A DNA stretch of 45,872 bases from Acidimicrobiaceae bacterium (GTDB taxonomy: Bacteria > Actinomycetota > Acidimicrobiia > Acidimicrobiales > Bog-793): contig DAHWHN010000132.1 in NCBI GenBank assembly GCA_027335685.1, positions 1-45,872 of the forward strand, given 5' to 3'. Under the pieces are notes generated by a model. The model was not told the DNA's origin, made no database searches, and saw only the letters and a list, made by a program, of their open reading frames with translations. A program made the position numbers and the translations under genes. Shown here piece by piece: positions 7,928 to 15,996 of this stretch (the first letter of the stretch is position 1; every line of letters begins with the position of its first letter).

Positions 7928-8248
7928 ATGGAGCGGGTCTGCTTCCGTTTGCACGTGCGTGCCGAGATGATCGAGGCCTACACGGAGGCGCACCGGTCGG
8001 TCTGGCCGGAGATGCGCGCCGCGCTCGCGGCGAGCGGGTGGCGCAACTACTCGCTGTTCCTCGCGGACGACGGCCTGCTCGTCGGCTACCTCGAGTGCGA
8101 CAGCCTGGACGAGGCCACGGCCGCGATGGCCGCGACGGAGGTCAACGCCCGCTGGCAGGCGGCGATGGCCGCCTACTTCGACGGCCTCGACGGGGCGGCC
8201 CCCGACGAGGGGATCGTGCCGTTGCCAGAGATCTTCCACCTCGACTGA
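7928..8248 (+). CDS. rhaM: L-rhamnose mutarotase family protein
   Basis: 106 aa: MERVCFRLHVRAEMIEAYTEAHRSVWPEM...YSLF...WQAAMAAYF. The ATG at 7928 is preceded by GGAGGGG. The track ORF starts earlier, at 7685. Confidence 0.85.
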   Translation: MERVCFRLHVRAEMIEAYTEAHRSVWPEMRAALAASGWRNYSLFLADDGLLVGYLECDSLDEATAAMAATEVNARWQAAMAAYFDGLDGAAPDEGIVPLPEIFHLD

Positions 8249-8359
8249 CGGGCGGGGAGACCGGACCGGGAGAGCGACCGGGGAGTGGGCCGGGAGACAG
8301 GTGACAGGCGGTCTCGTGCGGGAGCCCGCCGAGAGCGACCGGGGGAGTAGATTGGGCAC

Positions 8360-8722
8360 GTGCCCGACGGGTCGCTGCGACGAGATGGTGGCCCCTCCGA
8401 CCGACCGGGCGTCCTGCGGCTTTCCGCAATCGACAACGTCCTCGTGGCGCTGCGTGAGCTCCAGCCCGGCGAGGCCGTGGCCGACGGGCCGCGATCGTTC
8501 GCCACGCGCGCGGCCGTGCCCTTCGGTCACAAGGTCGCCGCCGACGACATCGACCGCGGCGCTGCGATCGTCAAGTACGGCGAGGTCGTCGGCCGAGCCA
8601 CGCAGCAGATCGCGCGCGGCGACCACGTCCATGTCCACAACGTCGTGAGCGCACGGCTGCCCGGGCACACCGGCACGGACCCGCGCCCGGCGGCGCGCCG
8701 CGCGGAGGGCGGGCGACCGTGA
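8360..8722 (+). CDS. SAF-domain protein (UxaA-family dehydratase N-terminal module as a separate ORF)
   Basis: IDNVLVAL...PFGHKVA...IVKYGEVVGRAT..IARGDHVHVHNV matches the UxaA/GarD N-terminal SAF domain. GTG at 8360 with GGGGGAG upstream. The stop overlaps the next GTG (GTGA 8719-8722). Confidence 0.75.
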   Translation: MPDGSLRRDGGPSDRPGVLRLSAIDNVLVALRELQPGEAVADGPRSFATRAAVPFGHKVAADDIDRGAAIVKYGEVVGRATQQIARGDHVHVHNVVSARLPGHTGTDPRPAARRAEGGRP

Positions 8723-9543
8723 CCTTGTCCGGGTACGCCCGACCGGACGGCACGATCGGTGCGCGCAACCACGTCCTCGTGCTCCCGTCGGTCGTCTGCT
8801 CCGCGCACGTCGCCGAGCGGATCGCAGGGACCGATGCCGTCGCGATCGGTCATCCGCACGGCTGCGGCCAGGTCGGCGCTGACGCGATCCACGCGGCCGA
8901 GGTCTTCGCGGGAATCGCTGCCCACCCGAACGTCGCCGGGGTCCTCGTCGTCGGCCTCGGCTGCGAGACGGTCCAGGGGACCGAGCTCGCGGCAGAGATC
9001 GGTGCCCGCGGCCAGCTCGTCGAGCTGCTCACGGTCCAGGGCTCGGGCGGGAGCGCGCGCACCGTCGAGCGCGGGCGCACAGTCGTCGGACAGCTGCTCG
9101 CCCGGGCAGCGTCGCAGCACAGGACGGCTGCCGGCGACGACCAGCTGGTGCTCGGACTCGACGACTCGGCGGCACCGTTCGCCCCGGTCCTGCGAGACGC
9201 CGCCACGGCCGCACGCATGCGCCTGGTCGAGCCGCATGCCGGGACCGGCCCGCAGGTGCACGCCGATCTCGCCGTGCGCGGCGCCCAGGTGATCGTCTCC
9301 TGGTGCCCGCCGGGGGAGGCACCGCGCGGCTTTGCCGTCTGCCCGGTCGTCGCCGTGGCAGCCGACGCCGACGATTTCGCAGCGATGCCGGACGACTTTG
9401 ACCTCGGTAGCGACGGTCCCCTCGACGCGGTGGCGGCCCGGATCCTCGCCTCGGCACGTGCGGTGTTCTCGGGCGAGCCGAGCGCCGCGGAGCGCCGTGG
9501 CGCACACGAGTTCGAGCTCCGCCGGTTGACGAGGTCGATGTGA
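8719..9543 (+). CDS. UxaA-family paralog, shortened (Cys-motif middle domain plus short C-terminal segment)
   Basis: GYARPDGTIGARNHVLVLPSVVCSAH, IGHPHGCGQ, HPNVAGVLVVGLGCE, and the C-terminal end ...EFELRRL. It lacks the GGSD/TTIEEK/TTGRGT core seen in the next ORF. GTGA junctions occur at both ends. Confidence 0.7.
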   Translation: MTLSGYARPDGTIGARNHVLVLPSVVCSAHVAERIAGTDAVAIGHPHGCGQVGADAIHAAEVFAGIAAHPNVAGVLVVGLGCETVQGTELAAEIGARGQLVELLTVQGSGGSARTVERGRTVVGQLLARAASQHRTAAGDDQLVLGLDDSAAPFAPVLRDAATAARMRLVEPHAGTGPQVHADLAVRGAQVIVSWCPPGEAPRGFAVCPVVAVAADADDFAAMPDDFDLGSDGPLDAVAARILASARAVFSGEPSAAERRGAHEFELRRLTRSM

Positions 9544-10742
9544 CGGTCGTACCCGGTGGCGTGCCGCCTGGCGCGTTGGGTCTCGGGCCGGTTCGCGACG
9601 TGCAGGTGAGCGGCTTCCGCCGCCCTGACGGCCGTCTCGGGGTCCGCGACCACCTGCTGGTGCTGCCGGCACGGGGGTCGGCCAGCCTCGCGGCCGCACG
9701 GATCGCCGCGGCGGTGCCCGGCGCGGTCGCCGTCGCGCACGACGCCAGGGGGGCGGCGGAGCCCGAGCCGGAGCGGATCGCCCGCACCCTGGTCGGCTTC
9801 GGGACGAACCCCAACGTCGGAGCGGTCCTCGTCGTCGGCGTGCGTGCCGACGACGCCTGGCTCGCGGACGCACTGCGGGACGCGGGACAGCGCAGCGCCT
9901 TCGTCGCCCTCGCCGAGCACCGCGGCACCGACGGTGCGGTCGCCGCGGGCGCCGTGCTCGCGGCCCGCCTCGCTGCAGACCTTGCACGTGACGTGCGTAG
10001 CCCGGGATCGCTCGCAGACGTCGTGCTCGGGCTCGAGTGCGGCGGATCGGACGCGCTGTCGGGCATCACGGCCAACCCGGGGCTCGGGGTCGCGAGCGAT
10101 CTGCTCGTCGCGTCGGGGGGCGCGTCGATCCTCGCGGAGACGCCCGAGCTCATCGGCGCCGAGGAGGCGCTCGCGGCCCGTGCGGTCTCGCCCGAGGTCG
10201 CCGCAAGCGTCCGCCGCGCCATCCTCGGTTTCGAGTCCGCGATCCGCGGGCTCGGCGTCGACGTGCGCGGGGCGCAGCCGTCCCCGGGCAACCAGGCTGG
10301 CGGCCTGACGACGATCGAGGAGAAGGCCCTCGGATCCGCGAAAAAAGGAGGTGCCGCCCCGGTCTCCGGGGTCGTCGACTTCGCCGAGCAGGTGCGCGCG
10401 CCCGGGCTGTTCGTCATGGACACCCCCGGTCACGACATCGAGCAGATGGTGGGGATGGTCGCCGGGGGCGCGCAGGTGGTCGCGTTCACGACGGGGCGGG
10501 GTACGCCGACAGGCTCCCCGATCGCTCCGTGCGTGAAGATCTCGACGAGCACCGAGCTCTACGACCGGCTTGCCGGCGACATCGACCTCGACGCTGGCGG
10601 CGTGCTGACGGGCACGGAGTCCCTCGAGCGCCTCGGAGCGCGGATCCTCGCGGCGATCGCGGACGTGTGCAACGGCCGATTGACCGCAAGCGAGCGGCAG
10701 GGCAACAGGGAGTTCGCGCTGAGCCGGACCGTCTACTCCTGA
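9540..10742 (+). CDS. UxaA-family (altronate/galactarate dehydratase-like) large subunit
   Basis: LECGGSDALSGITANP, GGLTTIEEKALGS, MDTPGHD, AFTTGRGTPTGSP, REFALSR. The N-terminal half aligns to the previous ORF, but the Cys motifs are replaced (PARGSASL, AHDARG, GVRAD). Confidence 0.85.
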   Translation: MTVVPGGVPPGALGLGPVRDVQVSGFRRPDGRLGVRDHLLVLPARGSASLAAARIAAAVPGAVAVAHDARGAAEPEPERIARTLVGFGTNPNVGAVLVVGVRADDAWLADALRDAGQRSAFVALAEHRGTDGAVAAGAVLAARLAADLARDVRSPGSLADVVLGLECGGSDALSGITANPGLGVASDLLVASGGASILAETPELIGAEEALAARAVSPEVAASVRRAILGFESAIRGLGVDVRGAQPSPGNQAGGLTTIEEKALGSAKKGGAAPVSGVVDFAEQVRAPGLFVMDTPGHDIEQMVGMVAGGAQVVAFTTGRGTPTGSPIAPCVKISTSTELYDRLAGDIDLDAGGVLTGTESLERLGARILAAIADVCNGRLTASERQGNREFALSRTVYS

Positions 10743-10792
10743 CGCTCGGTTCCTGACGTTCGGTCCCTGACGTTCGCTGCCTGACCGGCGCA
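10737..10792. repeat. 14-bp tandem repeat x4 (TCCTGACGNTCGGT-like) starting on the uxaA-like stop codon
   Basis: Units at 10737-10750, 10751-10764, 10765-10778 and 10779-10792. Each carries a TGA (10740, 10754, 10768, 10782), so stops fall in all three frames. Confidence 0.75.
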
Positions 10793-10837
10793 TCGGTCGC
10801 CCGGGCGCGAGGCAAGGGGACCGGCCGGAGGAGGTGC

Positions 10838-10867
10838 TTGACGGCTTCCTCCGAATGTACGTACAAT
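10838..10867 (+). promoter_or_regulatory. near-consensus sigma-70-type promoter (TTGACG-18 nt-TACAAT)
   Basis: -35 TTGACG at 10838-10843 and -10 TACAAT at 10862-10867, in a local AT-rich patch. An in-frame GTG at 10873 lies 5 nt after the -10, which suggests a leaderless transcript. Confidence 0.5.
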
Positions 10868-10872
10868 ATGGC

Positions 10873-11709
10873 GTGACCCCGCTCGTCTTCGTCGTCGTGC
10901 TGCTCGCGATATCGGTGCTCGCAGGCGTCCTCGGCTCGCTTGTCGGTCTCGGTGGTGGCGTCGTCGTCGTGCCGGTGCTCACCTTGCTGTTCCACATCGA
11001 CATCCGGCTCGCGATCGGCGCGTCGATCGTCTCGGTCATCGCGACGTCGAGCGGCGCCGCGGCGACCTACGTCCGGGAGCGCATGACGAACCTGCGCGCC
11101 GGGATGTTCCTCGAGATCGCGACGACGACCGGCGCGGTGAGCGGGGCGTACCTCACGACGGTGTTCCCGGCACGGGCGCTGTTCATCCTCTTCGGCGTCG
11201 TCCTGTCGTACTCGGCGTTCGCGATCTTCCACAAGCGGCATGCGACGGCGGTCCTTACGAGCTCCGACGACCGGATCGCCAACTACTTCGACCTCCACGG
11301 CTCGTACTACGACGAGGCCGAGAAGCAGGAGATCGCCTACAAGGTCACCGGCACCAAGGTCGGCCTCGCGATGATGTACGTCGCGGGGATGGTGAGCGCG
11401 CTGCTCGGGATCGGGTCGGGTGCGCTGAAGGTCCCGGCGATGGACCTCGCCATGCACCTGCCGATGAAGGTGTCGACCGCGACGAGCAACTTCATGATCG
11501 GCGTCACGGCCGCGGCGAGCGCCGGCTTCTACTTCGCACGCGGCCAGATCGACCCGATCATCGCGGCGCCGGTCGCCGTCGGCGTGCTCGGCGGCGCGAT
11601 GTTCGGCTCGCGCGTCCTCGGCAAGATCACGAACACGTCCGTGCGCATCATCTTCGTCGTCGTGCTCGTCGTCGTCGCGATCGAGATGCTCCAGCGGGGG
11701 GTGCTCTAG
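10873..11709 (+). CDS. TauE/SafE (TSUP, DUF81) family anion exporter
   Basis: Multi-TM protein with LGSLVGLGGGVVVVPVL and GIGSGALKVP motifs. The start was chosen at GTG 10873 (leaderless model). Alternative starts are ATG 10855 and GTG 10834 (the track start). Confidence 0.85.
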   Translation: MTPLVFVVVLLAISVLAGVLGSLVGLGGGVVVVPVLTLLFHIDIRLAIGASIVSVIATSSGAAATYVRERMTNLRAGMFLEIATTTGAVSGAYLTTVFPARALFILFGVVLSYSAFAIFHKRHATAVLTSSDDRIANYFDLHGSYYDEAEKQEIAYKVTGTKVGLAMMYVAGMVSALLGIGSGALKVPAMDLAMHLPMKVSTATSNFMIGVTAAASAGFYFARGQIDPIIAAPVAVGVLGGAMFGSRVLGKITNTSVRIIFVVVLVVVAIEMLQRGVL

Positions 11710-12231
11710 ATGGCCGACACGACCCGAGCCGGAGCGGCGGGCGCTGACGGCACGTCCGGGGCTCGCGCCGCGGGCGCGCTCGGCAGCGCCGGCACGGTCG
11801 GCACGTCTGGCGCAGGTCAGCCGCGGCGCAAGCGGGAGGTGAACGAGGAGAAGGTCCGCCAGTCGGAGATCGCGATCAGCCTCGTGCTCCGGATCGGCGT
11901 GAGCGTCGCCGTCGCCCTCGTGATGGCCGGCCTCGGGCTGACCTTCGCCCGGCACCCGGGCTACGCGCACCTCTCGGGCAGCTCCTACCACCCGCTCACG
12001 ATGCTGAGCTCGAAGTTCCCCCACACGATCGGCCAGCTCGGCCACGCGCTCGCCATAGGGGACGGGCGCGGCCTCATCGGCCTCGGGCTCGTCGTGCTCA
12101 TCGCGACGCCGGTGCTGCGCGTCGCGGTCGCGGTCCTCACCTTTGCCTACGAGAAGGACCCGCCGATGACGATCGTCACGCTGTTCGTCCTCGCGGTCCT
12201 GCTCAGCTCGTTCTTCATCGGGGGCGCGTGA
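11710..12231 (+). CDS. DUF1634 membrane protein (usual partner of TauE/DUF81)
   Basis: The ATG immediately follows the TauE TAG (11707-11709). A low-complexity N-terminus is followed by TM segments SLVLRIGVSVAVALVMAGLGL and LVVLIATPVLRVAVAVLTF. Confidence 0.8.
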   Translation: MADTTRAGAAGADGTSGARAAGALGSAGTVGTSGAGQPRRKREVNEEKVRQSEIAISLVLRIGVSVAVALVMAGLGLTFARHPGYAHLSGSSYHPLTMLSSKFPHTIGQLGHALAIGDGRGLIGLGLVVLIATPVLRVAVAVLTFAYEKDPPMTIVTLFVLAVLLSSFFIGGA

Positions 12232-12989
12232 CCGCTCGCCTGCCCGACCGCACGAGCCCGCTCCCGCTCTGGTCGCAGGTGCTCGAGGACCTTCGTCGAC
12301 GCGTCGCGCTCGGCGAGCTCGACGCCGGCTTCCCGACCGAGGAGGAGCTGACCCGGGACTACGCGGTGAGCCGGCACACCGTCCGCGAGGCCCTGCGCAG
12401 GCTAGAAGCCGACGGCCTGCTCGTGCGCGAGCGCGGTCGGGGGACGACGCTCGCACGGCCGCAGTTCGAGCAGCCGCTCCACGCGCTCTACAGCCTGGCG
12501 CGCACGGTCCGCTCGACAGGGCTCGAGGAGCGCAGTGACGTGCGGGCGCTCCGGCTCGTCCCGGCGGGCGAGGCCGCCGAGGCGCTCGGGGTCGAGCCCC
12601 ACGCTCAAGTCGTCTACCTCGAACGGCTCCGCCACGCAGGCGAGGAGCCGCTCGCGCTCGACCGGTCGTGGCTGCCTGCGGACCTGGCCGCGCCGATGCT
12701 CGGCGCAGAGCTCTCTGTCGGCTCGGTCTACGACGTGCTCGCGGACGCATGCGGCCTGCGGGTCACCGGCGGGTGGGAGCGCATCCGCCCGCTCAATCCC
12801 TCCGACGACGAGCGCCGGCTGCTCGCGCTCCCGAGCCACGAGGCGGTGTTTGGCATCGAGCGGCTCGCCCTCGCAGCCGGCCGGGCCGTCGAGTGGCGGC
12901 ACAGCCTCGTCCGAGGAGACCGGTACTCGTTCCTCGCGGAGTGGGACGAGCCGGCTCTCGCCGTCAAGAAGACGACCGCGCGGTCGTAG
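12228..12989 (+). CDS. GntR-family (HutC/UTRA subfamily) transcriptional regulator
   Basis: wHTH FPTEEELTRDYAVSRHTVREALRRLEADGLLVRERGRGT plus a UTRA-like C-terminal domain. The GTG overlaps the upstream TGA (GTGA 12228-12231). Confidence 0.9.
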   Translation: MTARLPDRTSPLPLWSQVLEDLRRRVALGELDAGFPTEEELTRDYAVSRHTVREALRRLEADGLLVRERGRGTTLARPQFEQPLHALYSLARTVRSTGLEERSDVRALRLVPAGEAAEALGVEPHAQVVYLERLRHAGEEPLALDRSWLPADLAAPMLGAELSVGSVYDVLADACGLRVTGGWERIRPLNPSDDERRLLALPSHEAVFGIERLALAAGRAVEWRHSLVRGDRYSFLAEWDEPALAVKKTTARS

Positions 12990-13857
12990 ACGGCGACCCA
13001 GGCCGCGCAGCGGGCGCGACGGGCATGCCGAGCGCGAAGGCGGTCATCGACAGCGAGCCGAGGGCGAAGCCGTCGAGGACCACCTCGGGCGTGTCGCCCG
13101 CCGCTGCGGCGAGGCCGGCGAGGTAGCAGAGCGGGTCGAGGTGGTCCGGCGTCGGTGCGGCGAGGTGGAGGTCGGGATGGTCCGCCAGGCGCCCGAGGTC
13201 GCCCGGCTCCGACGCGAGGAGATCGCGTGCCGCCCCGTCGAAGCGCCGCGCCCAGTCCGTGCCGGCGTCGGGCTGGGAGAAGTCCATCGCCCGCAGGTTG
13301 TGGACGACGTTGCCGCTCGCGACGACGAGGATCCCACGCGCACGTAGCGGCGCGAGCCGTGCGCCGAGCTCGACGTGCGCGTCGAGCGGGAGCCGTGCGT
13401 CGACGGCGAGCTGGACGACCGGGACGTCGGCGTCGGGGAACAGGTGCACGAGGACGGACCAGGTCCCGTGGTCGAGGCCCCAGCTCGTCTCGTCGAGGGC
13501 CGTGACCGTCGGCAGCAGCGTGTCGGCGACCTCGGCTGCGACGTCGGGGTCTCCCGGTGCCGGGTAGTCGAGGGCGTAGAGCTCGGGTGGGAAGCCGCCG
13601 AAGTCGTGGATGGTGCGCGGTGCCGCCATCGCGGTGACCGCCGAGCCGCGGATGTACCAGTGCGCGGAGACGGCGAGGATCGCGCGCGGTCGCGCCAGCG
13701 TAGCGCCGAGGGTGCGCCAGGACCTGCTGTAGCGGTTGTCCTCGATCGCGTTCATCGGGCTGCCGTGGCCGAGGAAGAGCGCCGGCATGTCCCGCCCTGT
13801 CGCTGCGCTCGACGGCGCAGGCCGAGCGGGCCCGTCGGTTGCGTGGTTGGTCGGCAC
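12964..13857 (-). CDS. ygiD: class III extradiol dioxygenase (4,5-DOPA dioxygenase, YgiD family)
   Basis: MPALFLGHGSPMNAIEDN, SAHW, IHDFGGFP, GLDHGTWSVL, GNVVHNL. The track start is GTG 13857, and ATG 13788 (MPALFLGHG) is an alternative. The 3' end overlaps the GntR gene by 26 nt (convergent). Confidence 0.85.
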   Translation of the reverse strand: MPTNHATDGPARPAPSSAATGRDMPALFLGHGSPMNAIEDNRYSRSWRTLGATLARPRAILAVSAHWYIRGSAVTAMAAPRTIHDFGGFPPELYALDYPAPGDPDVAAEVADTLLPTVTALDETSWGLDHGTWSVLVHLFPDADVPVVQLAVDARLPLDAHVELGARLAPLRARGILVVASGNVVHNLRAMDFSQPDAGTDWARRFDGAARDLLASEPGDLGRLADHPDLHLAAPTPDHLDPLCYLAGLAAAAGDTPEVVLDGFALGSLSMTAFALGMPVAPAARPGSPSTTARSSS

Positions 13858-14050
13858 GTCCCTGTCCTCCTGGCCCTCGCGGCGGGTTCCGCCGATCGCG
13901 GCGAATTGCGGCGGATTGCGGTCCCCCGCTGCGTTGCTCGCTCTTTGCTGGCGAGGCTAGCGGCCTGTGACAGCGGCGTCCGGTGCGGGGGGGGCGAACA
14001 AGGGCCGAACGGACCTAGCAGCGGTCTCGCCGGAGGGGGAGAATCGTGGC

Positions 14051-15700
14051 GTGGTTCGCCCTGCTGCGCGCGTCGTACCGCCTCCCCCGGTGCACACCGG
14101 CGACCGCGGAGCGAGCTCGTCCAGCCCCGGCACGCGTGACTGGGTCGTGCTCGCCGTGCTCTGCGTGAGCCTGCTCCTCGTGAGCCTCGACAACACCGTG
14201 CTCAACGTCGCGCTGCCGACGCTCGTGCGCGACCTGCACGCGTCCGACACCGAGCTGCAGTGGATCGTCGACGCGTACTCGATCGTCTTCGCGGGTCTGC
14301 TGCTCGTGGCCGGGAGCCTCGGCGACCGGATCGGGCGCAAGTGGGTCTTCCTCGCCGGCCTCGGTGTGTTCGCAGGCGGCTCGGCGGCGTCCGCGTTCTC
14401 GGGGAGCCCGGATGCGCTGATCGCGGCGCGTGCGTTCATGGGCATCGGCTCCGCGTCGATCATGCCGTCGACGTTGTCGATCCTCACGAACGTCTTCACC
14501 GACGGCGCCGCGCGCGCGAAGGCGATCGGGATCTGGTCGGGAACGACAGGCCTCGGCATCGCGATCGGGCCCATCGTCGGGGGCTGGCTCCTCGACCACT
14601 TCTGGTGGGGGTCGGTGTTCCTCATCAACGTGCCGATCGCCGTCCTCGGGCTCGTGGCGGCTGTGCTCGTCGTGCCGAACTCGAAGAACCCCGTGGTGAG
14701 CGCACCCGACGGGGTGGGTGCCGTCACGTCGGTCGTCGGGCTCGGGCTGCTGCTCTGGGGCATCATCGAGGCGCCCGAGCACTCGTGGAGCTCGCCGCTC
14801 GTGCTCGCGGCGATCGCCGGTGGTCTCGCCGTTCTCGCGGCGTTCTGGTGGTGGGAAGGCCGGATCGACCACCCGCTGCTCCGACTCGAGCTGTTCGCGA
14901 GCCGCCGCTTCAGCGCGGCGATCGCCTCGATGACGCTCGTGCTGTTCACCTTGCTCGGCGCGCTGTTCCTGCTCACGCAGTACCTGCAGTTCAGCCTCGG
15001 CTACACGGCGTTCCAGACCGGCCTGCGCATCGGCCCGATGGCGCTCGTCATCCTCGTGGTCGCGCCGAGCTCGAGCCTGCTCGTGCGCAAGCTCGGCACG
15101 AAGGCGGTCGTCTTCACCGGCATGGCGGTCATCGCCGTCGGCATGGCCATGATCTCGCACACGACGGTCGCCGGCTCCTACGGCGACGCCCTCCCCGCGT
15201 TCATGCTCGTCGGCATCGGGACGGGACTCGCGTTCGCGCCCTCGACGGAGTCCGTGATGGGGTCGCTCCCGCTCGGTCAAGCGGGGGTCGGCGCGGCGAC
15301 GAACTCGACGGCGCTGCAGGTCGGCGGAGCCCTCGGCGTCGCCGTTCTCGGCAGCCTGCTCAACACTCGCTACCAGGACCATCTCGCGCCGGTGCTCGCG
15401 CACGAGCCGATGCCCGCTGGCGTGCACCACGCGATCGTCGGCTCGCTCGGCGGCGCTCTCACCGTCGCGCAGCAGATCGGCGGTCGGCTCGGCGCCGCCC
15501 TCTCGACGGTCGCGCGCGACGCGTTCGTCAGCGGGCTCGACATCGCGTGCCTCGTCGGCGCCGTCGCGGTGGGCGTCGGGGCTCTCGTCGTGCTCGCGCT
15601 CCTCCCGAGCCGGCCCGACGGCGCGCCAGGCGGGGAGCCCGGGCTCGACGGCGGCAGCTCGATCGCGAAGGGTCGGCCGGGAGGCGAGGTGCGCAGGTGA
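14051..15700 (+). CDS. MFS transporter, DHA2 (EmrB/QacA-like, 14-TM) family
   Basis: LDNTVLNVALPTL, WIVDAYSIVFAGLLLVAGSLGDRIGRK, and many TM segments. GTG 14051 is preceded by GGAGGGGGAG. The track start at 13967 is the alternative. Confidence 0.85.
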   Translation: MVRPAARVVPPPPVHTGDRGASSSSPGTRDWVVLAVLCVSLLLVSLDNTVLNVALPTLVRDLHASDTELQWIVDAYSIVFAGLLLVAGSLGDRIGRKWVFLAGLGVFAGGSAASAFSGSPDALIAARAFMGIGSASIMPSTLSILTNVFTDGAARAKAIGIWSGTTGLGIAIGPIVGGWLLDHFWWGSVFLINVPIAVLGLVAAVLVVPNSKNPVVSAPDGVGAVTSVVGLGLLLWGIIEAPEHSWSSPLVLAAIAGGLAVLAAFWWWEGRIDHPLLRLELFASRRFSAAIASMTLVLFTLLGALFLLTQYLQFSLGYTAFQTGLRIGPMALVILVVAPSSSLLVRKLGTKAVVFTGMAVIAVGMAMISHTTVAGSYGDALPAFMLVGIGTGLAFAPSTESVMGSLPLGQAGVGAATNSTALQVGGALGVAVLGSLLNTRYQDHLAPVLAHEPMPAGVHHAIVGSLGGALTVAQQIGGRLGAALSTVARDAFVSGLDIACLVGAVAVGVGALVVLALLPSRPDGAPGGEPGLDGGSSIAKGRPGGEVRR

Positions 15701-15996
15701 CCGGCGAAGTGCGCATATGGACCGTCGAGATCGCGTTCACCGAGGACGGCGAACGCACGCGTGCCGACGCCCGGCTGCACGCGGCCGGGCGCGATCTCGC
15801 CGGCTTTGGACGGGCCCGGCGCGGCGGCTCGGACCCCGACGTCCCCGTCGTCGGCGAGGACGTCGCGGCCGCGCGGGCGCTCGTGGACCTCGCGCGCCAG
15901 CTGACCGAGGACGCCCTCGAGGTGATCGAGACCTTCGAGGACGGCGACGTCGACGACCCCGGGCACGGGGACGAGGGCATAGGTACCAGGGCATAG
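15697..15996 (+). CDS. DUF1876 protein (Rv2632c/Rv1738-like)
   Basis: WTVEIAFTEDGERTRADARL...GFGRARR...DPDVPVVGEDVAAARALVDLARQL matches my memory of the DUF1876 pattern. The GTG overlaps the MFS TGA (GTGA 15697-15700). Confidence 0.7.
   Translation: MTGEVRIWTVEIAFTEDGERTRADARLHAAGRDLAGFGRARRGGSDPDVPVVGEDVAAARALVDLARQLTEDALEVIETFEDGDVDDPGHGDEGIGTRA

Noticed and set aside
8850-11039. 729-aa minus-strand ORF opposite the UxaA-like genes
   Set aside because: It has shadow-ORF composition (S/T/A/R/P rich) and no motifs. The plus-strand genes carry strong family signatures.
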